Shown piece after piece: positions 51,501 to 64,000 of a stretch of 64,000 bases of DNA (position 1 is the first letter of the stretch; each line of letters opens with the position of its first letter). The DNA lies in the NCBI RefSeq assembly GCF_039654945.1, contig NW_027361741.1, forward strand, positions 35,216,001-35,280,000, given 5' to 3'. The notes under the pieces are model-generated. The model was not told the DNA's origin and did no database searches. It was given only the letters and a program-made list of their open reading frames with translations. This DNA is from Dendrobates tinctorius (taxonomy: Eukaryota). The position numbers were made by a program, and so were the translations under genes.

Positions 51501-51953
51501 ATCAACAAACTGGAGCAAGTTCAGAAAAGAGCGACCAGAATGGTGACCGGTCTGCAAACCCTGTCTTATGAGGAAAGGTTGCAGGATTTGGGAATGTTTA
51601 GTTTGCAAAAGAGAAGACTGAGAGGAGACTTAATAGCTGTCTACAAATATCTAAAGGGCTGTCACATTGTAGAAGGATCAACTTTATTCTCATTTGCACA
51701 AGGAAAGACTAGAAGCAATGGGATGAAACTGAATGGGAGGAGACACAGATTAGAAAAAACTTTTTGACAGTTAGAGTGATCAATGAGTGGAACAGGCTGC
51801 CACGAGAAGTGGCGAGTTCTCCTTCAATGGAAGTCTTCAAACAGAGGCTGGACAGACATCTGACTGGGATGATTTAGCGAATCCTGCTTTGAGCAGGGGG
51901 TTGGACCAGATGGCCCAGGAGGTCCCTTCCAACTCTACGATTCTATGATTCTA
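48588..51953 (+). mobile_element. CR1 LINE, 5'-truncated, in SRSF9 intron 2 (antisense to host)
   Basis: ORF1 3' half (to 48975); ORF2 49151-51256 then frameshifted in an A7 run into 51237-51767; 3' tail ...ctacgattctatgattcta (ATTCTATG-type CR1 repeat). Confidence 0.96.
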
Positions 51954-52903
51954 AAAACTGTCATTCACCTCAACAGAAAAAAATATGCCACGTTTCTTAT
52001 ATTCGCTTGCATAATTTACTTAAAAAGGTATTCCCATCTTCGAGATCTTATCCCAATATGTAGTAAGTGTGATAATATTAGCAAGTGCCTCCAATTAGAA
52101 ATGTACTATAGTTCGTCAGATTCGCTATGTCACTTACCTCAGGTAGGGCATTGCAGTAGCTTAGGTGTCCATGTTTCCGACCACTAAAAAGTGAGTTTTA
52201 TAGTCCGCAAAATACGGCAACTTAATTTTCTCCCTGTAATTGCTCTTTTAGTTAGACAGCTGAACAGGTAAAGGGAATCTGTCATTAGATTTTTGCCACC
52301 TAATGGGAAATCAGCATCCGCTGATTCCAGTGGCTTGTCACTTATTGGGCTGCTTAGTGTAGTTTTAATAAAATCACTTAGCACTAGATTATGACTATAG
52401 AACTAGAAAACCTGCTGCCATGTAGTCCTCCATATTCACAAGCTCTGTATAAACTCATCCCTGCCACTGATTGGTAACTTTCTGCCTATACACAGTGTAC
52501 ACAAAAAGATGTCAGTGGTGCGGTCAGGGCTATACAGAGCTCAGTACAGAGAACTGGCATATCTACAGCAAAGAAAATTAGACTAAACAAAATATAAAAA
52601 TATGTTCAATTCCTCCTTTATTCTCCCTTTTCTTTCCATTTAGCATATACTTCATATATAATTATAATGAAACCTTCTCAGTGTTACCAAAGATCAGCCA
52701 TGTCCACCTCACCTCCTCCCTGTCCTGTGTGTGGCTGTAAGACAACTGGCTGCAGCAGAAGTCTCCAAGATGTGCAGAGTCTGCAACAATTAGCTAAAAG
52801 GGTAGATCTTCAGTGGGCCACCAGCAAGCAATGGACCCCATCAGCAGATTCTCCATTTGTTCTCTGCATGATTTCTACTAGACTGACTGCAGACAACTAT
52901 ATA

Positions 52904-54490
52904 CAGTATGTATGGAAAGTATTCAGACACCTTCATTTTTCACTCTGTTTCATTGCAGCTATTTGGTAAACTCAAAAAAGTTCATTTTTTCTCATTAATG
53001 TACACACTGCACCCCATCTTGAGTGAAACAAAATCAGAAATTTAGACATTTTTGCAAATTTATTAAAAAAAAAAAACAAAACTGAAATCTCACATGGTCA
53101 TAAGTATTCAGACCCTTTGCTCAGTATTGAGTAGAAGCACCCTTTTGAGCTAGTACAGCCATGAGTCTTCTTGGGAATAATGCAACACGTTTTTCACACC
53201 TGGATTTGGGGATCCTCTGCCATTCTTCCTTGCAGATCCTCTCCAGTTCCGTCAGGTTGGATGGTGAACATTGGTGGAAAGCCATTTTCAGGTCTCTCCA
53301 GAGATGCTCAATTGGGTTTAGATCAGGGCTCTGGCTGGGGCAGTCAAGAATGGCAACAGTTGTTCTGAAGCCACTCCTTTGTTATTTTAGCTGCGTGCTT
53401 AGGGTCATTGTCTTGTTAGAAGGTGAACCTCCAGCCAAGTCTGAGGTCCAGAGCACTCTGGAAGGTTTCCATCCAGGATCTCTCTGTACTCTGGCCGCAT
53501 TCATGTTTCCTTCAATGGCAACCAGTCATCCTGTCCTTGCAGCTGAAAAACACCCACATAGCATGATGCTGCCACCACCATGTTTTACTGTACTGTTGGG
53601 ATTGTATTGGGCAGGTAATGATCAGCTTAGAATTATCACCAAAAAGGTCTATCTTCGTCTCATCAGACCAAGGAATCTTATTTATCAGTGTCTTGGAGTC
53701 TTTCATGTATTTTTTTTTTATCAAACTCTATACCTGCAGGCTTTCATATGTCTGGCAGTAAGGAGAGTTTTCCATCTGGCCACTCTGCCATAAAGGTCTG
53801 ACTGGTGGAGGGCTGCAGTGATAGTTCCACAAAGTCAACTTTCTCCCATCTCCCTACTGCATCTCTGGAGCGCAGCCACAGTGATCTTGGGGTTCTTCTT
53901 TACCTCTCTCACCAAGGCTCTTCTCCCACAATTGCTCAGTTTGGCTGGACTGCCAGGTCTAGGAAGACTTCTGGTGGTCCCAAACTTCTTCCATTTAAGG
54001 ATTATGGGTCACTGTGTTCTTAGGAACCTTGAGTACTGAAGAAAGTCTTTTGGCCAGATCTGTGCCTTGCCACAATTTTGTCTGAGCTCTTTGGCCAGTT
54101 CCTTTGACCTGCACTGTGAGCTGTGAGGTCTTATACAGACAGGTGTGTGCCTTTACAAAGTCCTATCAGTTTAAATAAACACAGCTGGATTCCAGTGAAG
54201 GAGTAGAACCATCTCAAGGAGGATCAGAAGGAAATGAGGAAATGGACAGCATGTGACTTAAATATGAGTGTCTGAGCAAAGGGTCTGAATACTTATGACC
54301 ATGTGATTTCAGTTTTTTGTTTTTTTTTTAAATCTACAAAAATTTCTACATTTGTTTTTTTCTTAGTTAAGATGGGGTGCAGAGTGTACATTAATGAGAA
54401 AAAAATGAGCTTTTTTGAATTTACCAAACGGCTGCAATGAAACAAAGCGTGAAATATTTTAAGGGGTCTGAATACTTTCCGTACCCACTG
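52904..54490 (-). mobile_element. Degenerate IR/DR-type Tc1 transposon in SRSF9 intron 2
   Basis: About 220-bp TIRs with outer (aaagtattcagac) and inner (taagtattcagaccctttgc) direct repeats; remnant WSDETKI in ORF 53512-53724. Confidence 0.9.
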
Positions 54491-55528
54491 TGTCTAATCT
54501 GAACATCCACTTCTAGGTTAAGTGTTCCTTTAATACACTGTTTTTAAAGGCATTATATTACAGAGAAAGGGTTGTGTCCCTTGTAAGAAAGACACAGAAA
54601 ATGCTAAACCAAACAGTTTTTGGCTAATAGGAGGCCTGAACTAGCAAAGAGGACTCAGTTTTGAGTATGATGCATGTATGTATGTGGATAGGTGCATGCA
54701 TGGCAGCATGACAGTCACCTCGGTGTGGAGCGCTCCTCTCAATTCCCGCAGCAGCCAGCTGTGGCAGCATAGTAGATAGGCTTTCAAGAAATCCCATGTC
54801 CACTATGCGTCCACAGATGCCTGTGGATCACCTGCAGAGATGGACATGCGGCATCTCTTTCCAGGCCGCAGCATGTCAAATTCTCTTACTTCACCAACAG
54901 ACTGTATTGGATATGATAAATAAGCACGGTTCAGTGAACTCATGTGGATTTACCTGTGTTCAATAGACGGCAGCACTTTGGACGCAGCGAACATGCGTCG
55001 ATTGTGTGCACCTGACCTTACTGATTCTGCTATTTCACGGTGCCTAGTGGCCAAATATTACACTGTGCTATCTTGGGGAACAGGAATACGTAGATGTTAT
55101 ATGCTGCCCACCGACTTACTAAGAAATTAAGCCTATACTTATCTGACAAATCTGTCACAGCTCAGTTTACAGTTGCTGCAATTACTACATCTTTGCCTAT
55201 ACATAACTGGCTGCAGCAAATGACCTGGGGCCAGTGACTGACTGCATGTGGCTAGACCAGCACTGCGATTAGGCAAAGCACTGGAGTTACAGCCGATGGC
55301 AGGGGAGTATAGGTTTGGTTACGCCAGGTTAGCCAATTTTCTTCCAATTAAAAAAAAAAAAAAACTTCAGTTTAATTGTAGAGCAAGGCCAAGACTTTAC
55401 AGAGCACGGCGCAAACGTGGTGGGAGCTGGAATTTATGCCAAAAGCTGCAGGACTGAGGGGCTTATGTGCCAATCAAATTGGGGACTTAAGACACACATA
55501 CATTTATATATGGTGTTAGATGCTGAAA

Positions 55529-55531
<3 letters not shown>

Positions 55532-55578
<47 letters not shown>
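55532..55578. repeat. (TA)n(CA)n microsatellite
   Basis: Read directly. Confidence 0.95.
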
Positions 55579-55580
<2 letters not shown>

Positions 55581-55910
55581 CATATACGTTTAGGTATATA
55601 TGTTCCTTACGTATAATAGCTAAATGACTGGCCCAATTTCCCCATATTTGCCACACGAGTAAATCAGGCATTTACGCAGGTAAGAGACACGCTTGCAAGA
55701 AAATAAATGAAAAAAAGGCCCTTCCTCGTAACATACACAGTTTACACAAATGCACCCCCTTCTCATGCCACGTTCACACACACTTGTACAGTTCTTACGC
55801 CATTAGCTCGGGGGTCGCCTCATCAGGCCCTAGTGACCACACCGTGGCTCCCACCAGCACATGACCACTGGCCTTGTGAGGCCCCCTAGCGGGCAGCTCC
55901 AGTGCATTAC

Positions 55911-56080
55911 CTGAGACGAGGACTCTGTATTCAGATCGCCGGGATGGGGGCCCATTTCTCCCGCGGGGGCCTCCGTATCCGCCCCCTCCTGATCCCCGGT
56001 TTGACCTGGGAAACTCCACGCGTAACCGGCAAGACCCGAACTCGTATCCGTTGCGTCCAAACACGGCGTCCTCCGCATCC
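55911..56080 (-). CDS. SRSF9: SRSF9 coding exon 2
   Basis: ctgctctcag|; [56 protein letters not shown]; donor CAG|gtaatg. Confidence 0.95.
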
Positions 56081-56365
56081 CTGAGAGCAGAAGAACAGAA
56101 CAATGAGGCGGCGCTCTCCCTCACGGAGTGCCACAGTCAGTCTTTTACCTCAGTATTTATAAGCCGGGACACTATACTAGAAGCACGGCGCCACTTGTGG
56201 ATCATCACCCACGCCTGGCTGAGGCTTCCACACACCGAGCGCAGGCACGTGGCCTAACAAAGCCGCAGTCGGGCCTAGGACCCGGAAGCCTCCGCCCCCT
56301 CCCGCAACACGCGGTCAGCGCCTGCACCACGGAAACACGCCGCACACTCTGGGGGCGCCACTCAC

Positions 56366-56562
56366 CGAGGATCCTGGAAACTGATGAAGGCGAACGGTGC
56401 GGCGCCGCTGCCCCCGCGATTCTTCAGCTCGACGGTACGGATCCGCCCGTATCGGTGGAACAACTCCTCCAGCTCCTTCTCCCGCACATCGGCAGGTAGG
56501 TTCCCCACATAGATGCGCCCATCCCCAGAGCCCCGTGCGTTCTCCCGCTCCCAGCTAGACAT
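56366..56562 (-). CDS. SRSF9: Serine/arginine-rich splicing factor 9, coding exon 1 (RRM1 start)
   Basis: [66 protein letters not shown]; RNP2 IYVGNL, RNP1 PFAFISF; donor CG|gtgagt. Confidence 0.95.
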
Positions 56563-56785
56563 CCTGTCGCTTCCTGTGACCGGCCGCGCGAAGCACGGCG
56601 GGAGACCACCGGAAGTACCTAGAAGCGGAAGTGCCAGCGGGGTCGAGCCTTAAAGGCAAAGTTACAGCGGGAGCGCGCAGAGCAGAGATGGTCACGACGG
56701 AAGCCGTGGTGTGCCACATGCAGTGCCTCATCCTTCACCCGAGCTTTACTATAGCGCACAGCCATGGGGGAAATGGCGGCGTGAT
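56563..56785 (-). promoter_or_regulatory. SRSF9 5' UTR/promoter with ETS (GABPA-like) and YY1 motifs
   Basis: ccggaagt at 56609, gcggaagt at 56625, cggaagc at 56698, aaatggcggc at 56771; CpG-rich. Confidence 0.7.
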
Positions 56786-57094
56786 GGCTGGAGTGTACTA
56801 TGGAATGTAAATCATGTGACACCTGCCGCTGTCCGGTAACAGTGTGCTGCCATGTACAGGGGTGCAGTAATGGAGGGCGAACGGTGCCACCCTGCTCCCG
56901 GTGGAGAAGCCCCTCACATCTTCGGAAGAGCCCCCCACAGTATACACTAAAGGGGCTTCTTATAGATGCCTTTATTTACTGCGTCACTGACTGACAGACT
57001 GTGGAATGTCACCATGTCACAAGCCCGCAGCTCCATGTCGGGGGACGGCACAGATCTCTGCTCTGCACTGGTGGAGGGGTCTGTGTCATGTCCA

Positions 57095-57960
57095 CTCATC
57101 CATGCTCTCACCCATGTCATCTCATCCATGCTCTCACCCATGTCATCTCATCCATGCTCTCACCCATGTCATCTCATCCATGCTCTCACCCATGTCATCT
57201 CATCCATGCTCTCACCCATGTCATCTCATCCATGCTCTCACCCATGCCATCTCATCCATGCCATCTCATCCATGCTCTCACCCATGCCATCTCTTCCATG
57301 CTCTCACCCATGCCATCTCTTCCATGCTCTCACCCATGCCATCTCTTCCATGCTCTCACCCATGTCATCTCTTCCATGCTCTTACCCATGTCATCTCATC
57401 CATGCTGTCACCCATGTCATCTCATCCATGCTCTCACATGTCATCTCATCATTGTCCTCTCATCCATGCTCTCACCCATGTCATCTCATCCATGCTCTCA
57501 CCCATGTCATCTCATCCATGCTCTCACCCATGTCATCTCATCCATGCTCTCACTCATGTCATCTCACCCATGTCATCTCATCAAGATCCTCTCATCCATG
57601 CTCTCACCCATGTCATCTCATCCATGCACTTATCCATATCATCTCATCCATGCTCTCACCCATGTCATCTCATCCATGTCATCCCATCAAGATTCTCTCA
57701 TCCATGCTCTCACCCATGTCATCTCATCCATATCATCTCATCCATGCTCTCACCCATGTCATCTCGTCCATGCTCTTATACATGTCATCTCATCATTGTC
57801 CTTTCATCCATGCTCTCACCCATGCTCTTATACATGTCATCTCATCTCTCATATATGTCATCTTATACATGTCATCTCATCCATGCTCTTATACATGTCA
57901 TCTCACTCATACTGTCACACACATGCTGTCTCATACATGTCTTCTTATCCATGCATACTC
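57095..57960. repeat. 26-bp minisatellite upstream of SRSF9, decaying rightwards
   Basis: Unit ctcatccatgctctcacccatgtcat. Confidence 0.95.
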
Positions 57961-60146
57961 ATAGGTGCCGTCATAAACCTATTCCAAGATTGTCGCTGGT
58001 ATCCAGACCCTTATACTCATCTAATCATAGTGTTGAATAAATGTTGAGCTGTGAATGGTTGCTATGGGTCAGTTTTCTCTTACCAGTTTTTGAGGCCAAA
58101 GAATGCTAAAAAAGGGGAAATGTTACTAACCTACTTCAAGAGTTTGGAGTTTTTTATTTTTTTCTAAAAGTGACAAAAACAACATTTTTCCATGATGTGT
58201 ATTAGAATTGAGCTAAAAGTCAGTAGCACATGGCTGCTAGGTCACAGTCCTGCATCTTTACATTGCAGCACAATGCATGTATGACGTTGTGGCAGCCACT
58301 AACCAGAAGTGCCAGTGATGTCGCAGGTAGTTGCTGTGTCTCAGGGCTCTGTTACGGTGGCTACGGGCTACCAGTGTTGCAGCTAGATCAGGGTCCTGCT
58401 AATCTTTTTACTCAAATCTATTTTCTCATACACATAGACGCCAGTAGGAAATAACATTACAATCAAGACCAGTTCTGACGATTCAGGGACTCCATGGAAT
58501 CTCCTGTCCTGTGGTATCTGGCCCCATCATCTGTAAGCCATGAGGTTGGGCCTCCATGGATCCGACTTGTTTTGACAGTATTTCTTTTCCTGAACCATTG
58601 TACTGTGACTGCAGCGAGTATTACTCTTAAGGAGGCCACTAACAATAGGAAATACCCATGCCATGAAGGGGAGTACTTGCTATGCAACTATAGCTGGTGG
58701 TATGTATCACAGTGAGGCTAGGGCTACAAGGTGACTTTGCTCATGACACAGTTTGCTACTGTTCACAGCTATGTCATAGCAAAATACAAGTGAATGGGGT
58801 TGCATTGTGATCCTGAGAGTACTGTGACAAACAAGACCCCAAAAAATCCAACCGGGTCTGATTCTTGGCGACTTGCTTGTCACAGTACTTCATTCATTTG
58901 TATTGCACTGCAGTGTAGCAGCGACACATAGCAATCTTTGGCTACGTGACCAAAGTCGCTGTGTAGCCCCATCCTAATATTCAGCTGAATGCAAGGACCA
59001 AAGGTTTCCCTACAGATCAGTGCCTACAGCAGCACACTTCCTGCACCAACGTGCGTTCTTAGGCGCAGTCACACTAGTGTATAACACAGCAAATGCTTTG
59101 CAGTGTTGGGGCCCAGTGTTATACTATGGGGCAGCTCGTAGCAGCGGTTATTTTCTTTTGCCGATACGTCATGAGAGAACAATTGCAGCATGCTGTGATT
59201 GACAGTGAGATTCAACTCACTCCCATACAAGTCTTTGGCAGCTTGTTAAACATCGAGCTGCACTCGGATGTCATCCCAGTGCAGTCTGATATACGCCGAG
59301 ACATGCAATGGAGATGGAGAAGTTACTTTCTCCCTCTCCTCCGCACCTGTGCTGCGATCCTCTCGTGAGAAGATCGGAGCACTGACACTCGGCTCCCACT
59401 TGAAGCAGATCAGGAGCCGAGGGTCATTAGCTCTCGCACTGGATGCCATACGGTGGTCTGTTTTCAGCCTTATGGCGTAGCTGTTAATGCAGAGATACTC
59501 AGCCAGCCACCTAATGTAAAAGAAATTGTGATTAGACAGACCAGGCTACCTTTGTCCTTTTCTCATGCACCCATTTTAGGTGCTTTTGCTGGTGGGCAGA
59601 GGTCAGCATGGGCAGCTTGAGGGGTGTGTGCCTATACTGGCCTATGTACAGCAAGCTGCCATGCACTAGATTTTGACACCTGTATATCATAGCCAGCTCT
59701 AAGGCCATATGCACATATTCAGTATTTGGTCAGTATTCCACATCAGTATTTGTAAGCCCAAACCAGGAGTGAGTGATAATCCAGAAGTGGTGACGTGTCT
59801 CTATTATACTTTTCCTCTGATTGTTCCTCTCCTGGTTTTGGCTTACAAATACTGAGGCAAAATACTGACCACACACTGAACATGCGCACGTGGCCAAACA
59901 TAACCCTTCTGTGGATTAAAGTAAGATGACAAGTTCTTGATCCCAATGCGTGGGGAGTCTTGTATGGCTATAAACATATTGTCAGTTCACTCTACTCCCT
60001 TGGGTCACTTTTGGCAGGTGCTAATCGCTGCATACCAAGAAAACCCCTCAAGACCTGTTTTAATGATGCTTTAGTCATATTATGACCCTTGTCCACATCA
60101 CAGAGATCGTGCTTGCCTATTTTTATGCTTCCAACGCATCACCATA

Positions 60147-60341
60147 GGCCGGGGTCAGACTTGTGAGAAACTCACACGAGTCTCGCACGTCAATACCCGG
60201 CACTTCTGCCGGCACTCAGACCGGAGCGTTCAGCTGCGTAGAAATACATGCAGCCACACACTCCGGTCCCGAGTGCCGGTGGCAGTGCCGGGTATTGACG
60301 TGAGAGACTCGTGTGAGTTTCCCGCAAGCCTGACCCCGGCC
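60147..60341. mobile_element. Near-palindromic Harbinger-like MITE
   Basis: ggccggggtcagacttg...caatacccggcac / gtgccgggtattg...caagcctgaccccggcc. Confidence 0.85.
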
Positions 60342-60445
60342 TTAAAAAGAGTGAGTGGTTACTAGCCCTAAATACTCTGACCACTAGTGATGGGTCGTTC
60401 GCAACCATGCTGAAACAAAGAGCTGGCTCCCTTCTGTGACTGATG

Positions 60446-60834
60446 NNNNNNNNNNNNNNNNNNNNNNNNNNNNNNNNNNNNNNNNNNNNNNNNNNNNNNN
60501 NNNNNNNNNNNNNNNNNNNNNNNNNNNNNNNNNNNNNNNNNNNNNNNNNNNNNNNNNNNNNNNNNNNNNNNNNNNNNNNNNNNNNNNNNNNNNNNNNNNN
60601 NNNNNNNNNNNNNNNNNNNNNNNNNNNNNNNNNNNNNNNNNNNNNNNNNNNNNNNNNNNNNNNNNNNNNNNNNNNNNNNNNNNNNNNNNNNNNNNNNNNN
60701 NNNNNNNNNNNNNNNNNNNNNNNNNNNNNNNNNNNNNNNNNNNNNNNNNNNNNNNNNNNNNNNNNNNNNNNNNNNNNNNNNNNNNNNNNNNNNNNNNNNN
60801 NNNNNNNNNNNNNNNNNNNNNNNNNNNNNNNNNN
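60446..60834. other. Assembly gap (389 N)
   Basis: Run of N. Confidence 1.
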
Positions 60835-62894
60835 GGTCGGGTTTCACGAAACCCGATCCAACCAAAGTCGCTCAACTCTACTGGGTATCTTTATGGCTAT
60901 TGGCCCCTTCCCAGAATATTAATACCAGCCCTCAGCTATCTGCTTTTCCTAAGCTGGTTAGGAAAATTTAGAGGGACCCTATGACTTTTTTTTATTTAAT
61001 AAGCTCGATAGACAGCGGGTGCTGACTCCAACTCTCATCAGCGTTGCCTGGTTGCGCTGATCACAGGGAGACAAGGTGGCAATGATGAGAGTTGTAGTTA
61101 GGGCTATTGCCAGGTGGTGTGTGCGGACTACAACAGTCAGCAGCGTCACCTGGTTTCTCTGATCGCAGGGAGATCAGGAGACAATGATGAGTTGGTATCA
61201 GCAACTGGCATCTTGGAATAGCGCTAATTGTACTGCTTTTTCCAGAAGCCATACTGATGGTGCACATGGACACAGATATTTCCAGTACTAGAAAAACTAG
61301 TACCGGTGCCATTAGGACGTGTGAAAGATGCCTAACTTGGGGCCTGCAGATTGGACTGCATTTTCATGGTGACAGGTTCCCTTCTAATCCACAGACCACT
61401 CCTCTATAAATCCAAGCCAGTACCCCAGAACAGCACTGACTTCTGTACACTAATGGTTTCACCAGAGCTAGCAGGCACAGAAGGTACATGTACAGCACAC
61501 TGCCATTCACTTCCACAGCATCTAGCACCCTCTGCAGCCTACTTATTGTCCTTGGGTGTTCCCGCTCATTCTCAAATCACTGAGAAAACCTGATTAGACA
61601 TGTTGAAAGCCAATATTTCTGTTCCCTCTTCCCACACAATCTGCTGTCATCTGAACGACAGGAAGAGTCATTTTCAACTTTTTTTTTTCTGACTGATGTT
61701 GAGAACTGGAGCGTTTTTGAACCCCGCAGCGTTTCAATTCTTTTCAGTGTTTTTATGCAATTTTTTTCATCCATAGAAAGCAATGAGAAAGTGCAAAAAT
61801 GCTGCAAAACAAATTTTTTGGCAGCTTTTTTTTTGTTAATAAAACTAATTTTATTAAACATGTACTGTAGACGAATAATGCATGTAATCTGTGCCAAAAA
61901 ACCCATAGCAAAACCTGTGTTTTGAACTCAGAGGTTTTACTGCCAAGAAAGCAGGTGTTGGCTGCAGAAAAAAATAATTGCTGTGTATGAACATAGCCAT
62001 CATGTTTCAGCAAAAGTTTAGATCTTTGCTTAAATGGGTTGTCTGTGACTTTAATTTTGATGGCCTATCCTGAGGATCAATGTCTGATCTGCTGGGGTCC
62101 GACACCCAGCACCTCTGGCGATTGGTGGCTGGAAATGCCATCAATGTTAATAAAGTCCCAGACAACCCATTTAAACTATTGGCTGTAGTGCTGCAAATAT
62201 TGCTGCCTTACAGAAGGTTTTCATTTCACATGCACAGTAAGACAGGATCTACTATATACCCTGAAGTATATGTCTATAGCATGCACCTGATGGCTGATTT
62301 GCAGACACATACAACCATATGGCCATTTAAGGTTGCCAATACTCCCACACCGCAAATGTGCCCAGATTACAGCTATGTCCGCACACAATCTGTGCCCACG
62401 CAGCAGATATGAAAGCACCGTATTTCTGCTTATAATGCAGTCGCCCAATTACAACTTTCCAGGCCGTTCGGTAGTGTATGGATATAAGATATAAGCTGAT
62501 GGCTCATCTACTGAAAACTGCAGTTCCCCCACTTAACCCTTTCTGTGCCAAGCAACTAGTAGCATTTTATAATATGTCATTTTGGCCTGAACAATAGTCT
62601 CATCACAGAGGTAGCAATCATTATTGTTCCTTTAAAGAGCCCTGCCATATGACCTGGGGTATAAATCCAAATCAGAATCTTCTCATTTGCAGACAACTGT
62701 TTTGGGGGTTCTTGCCGATAGTCAGTGCAGGAGACAGTTGGCGGGGTGAGAGGCCTTAGGCTGGGGTCACAGTAGCGTATAACATCGGATGCGATCTGAA
62801 CTCGGCTCAAACTACTGCGTGCATGGACCTATTGTCATGCTACGGTGATCCGATCCTCTCCCATGCGAGAATCTGATCACAGGTGAGAATAGAT

Positions 62895-64000
62895 GAACCC
62901 CTTCACGACATGCACGGTACATGTAGAGCGCATGTCGTGTCTCTCCCTTTAATGTGGGCTCCGGCGCTGAGCCCACGTTTCCCAGCACATGTCAGCTGTT
63001 TCGAACAGTTGACATGTGCCCCAAACAGCCGCAGGTGGAATTGCGATCCACCCGCGACTGTTAACCTGTTAAATGTTGCTGTCAATCTCTGACAGCGGCA
63101 TTTAATGTGATCGCGCCTGAAGCGCGTCACTAAACCCACTGTGGGTTGCTGGTGGGTTGGCATAACAACTTGGAGTCTGCAGTAGACCCCTGTAGTTGTC
63201 ATTGCTGGATTGCTATGAGTGCCACCCAGCGGTTGGTGCTCATAACAAGTGAGCATTTCTGCTACACACAGGAGATCTGATCATCGCCTCTGTGTAGCAG
63301 AGGCGATCGGTTTATCGTAGCTTCTAGTCTCCCATGGAGACCTTTGGAAGCAAGTGAAAAGCAAAAAATGTTTTTTAAAAAATAAACAAATATAAAAGTT
63401 TAAATCACTCCCCATTTTCCCCTTTCAAAATAAAACAATTAAAAAAAAATACACATATTTGGTATCGCCGCATTCAGAATCGCCCAATCTATCAATATAG
63501 AAAAAGAATTAATCCGATCAGTAAACTGTGTAGTAAAAAAAAAGTAAAAACGCCAACATTACATTTTTTTTTGGTTGCCGCAACATTGTATTAAAATGCA
63601 ATAACGGGCGATCAAAAGATTGTATCCACACCAAAATGATATCATTTAAAATGACAGCTCAGCAAGCAAAGAATAAGCTCTGACCCAACCCAAGATCACG
63701 AAAAATGGAGACGGTACAGGTCTCGGGAAATGACGCAATTTTTTTATTTTTTAACAAACTTTGAAATTTTTTCACCACTTACATAAAAATGAACCTAGAC
63801 ATGTTTGGTGTCTACAAACTTGTAATAACCTGGAGAATCATAATGGCAGGTCAGTTTTAGTATTTGGTGAACATGGTTAAAAAAAAAAAAAAAAAAGTTG
63901 AGGAATTGCAATTTTTTTTTCCAATTTCACCGCACTTGGATTTTTTACCCGGTTTCCACTACACAATATGGTAAAACTAATGGTATCGTTCAAAAGCACA
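62895..64000. mobile_element. TTAA-type non-autonomous element, runs off window
   Basis: aaccccttcacgac start; homologous to 14227-15472. Confidence 0.78.

Noticed and set aside
53161-54039. 210-aa and neighbouring plus-strand ORFs
   Set aside because: Antisense to a decayed Tc1 transposase.
56966-58047. Three 330-350-aa His/Ser/Cys-rich ORFs
   Set aside because: Translations of a stop-free 26-bp minisatellite, open in all three frames.
60368-60984. ORFs containing X runs
   Set aside because: Artefacts of the N gap.
58000-64000. Expected syntenic neighbour DYNLL1
   Set aside because: No dynein light chain coding sequence recognised; it is probably beyond the window.

Overview
Vertebrate genomic DNA, almost certainly a frog (inferred from the repeat families and gene sequences). 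It holds the conserved housekeeping cluster COX6A1(+) - TRIAP1(-) / GATC(+) (head-to-head) - SRSF9(-). All 14 coding exons were resolved by hand with GT-AG boundaries and consistent phases. The rest is mostly transposable elements: two closely related CR1 LINEs (one apparently full length, with ORF2 open to the window edge), three Tc1/mariner elements, TTAA-flanked piggyBac/Kolobok-like non-autonomous elements, PIF/Harbinger and hAT MITEs, tRNA-derived SINEs and Penelope-like pieces. There are also two minisatellites and a 389-N gap. Most interesting observations: (1) the CR1 ORF1/ORF2 junction has a U_UUA_AAC slippery heptamer right before the ORF1 stop, and ORF2 lies in the -1 frame with no AUG ahead of its first endonuclease motif, suggesting -1 ribosomal frameshifting; (2) two candidate NMD-inducing cassette exons in SRSF9 intron 2; (3) a minimal hammerhead ribozyme motif with one core mutation; (4) a ~270-bp-arm fold-back insertion in SRSF9 intron 2; (5) overlapping GATC/SRSF9 3' ends.
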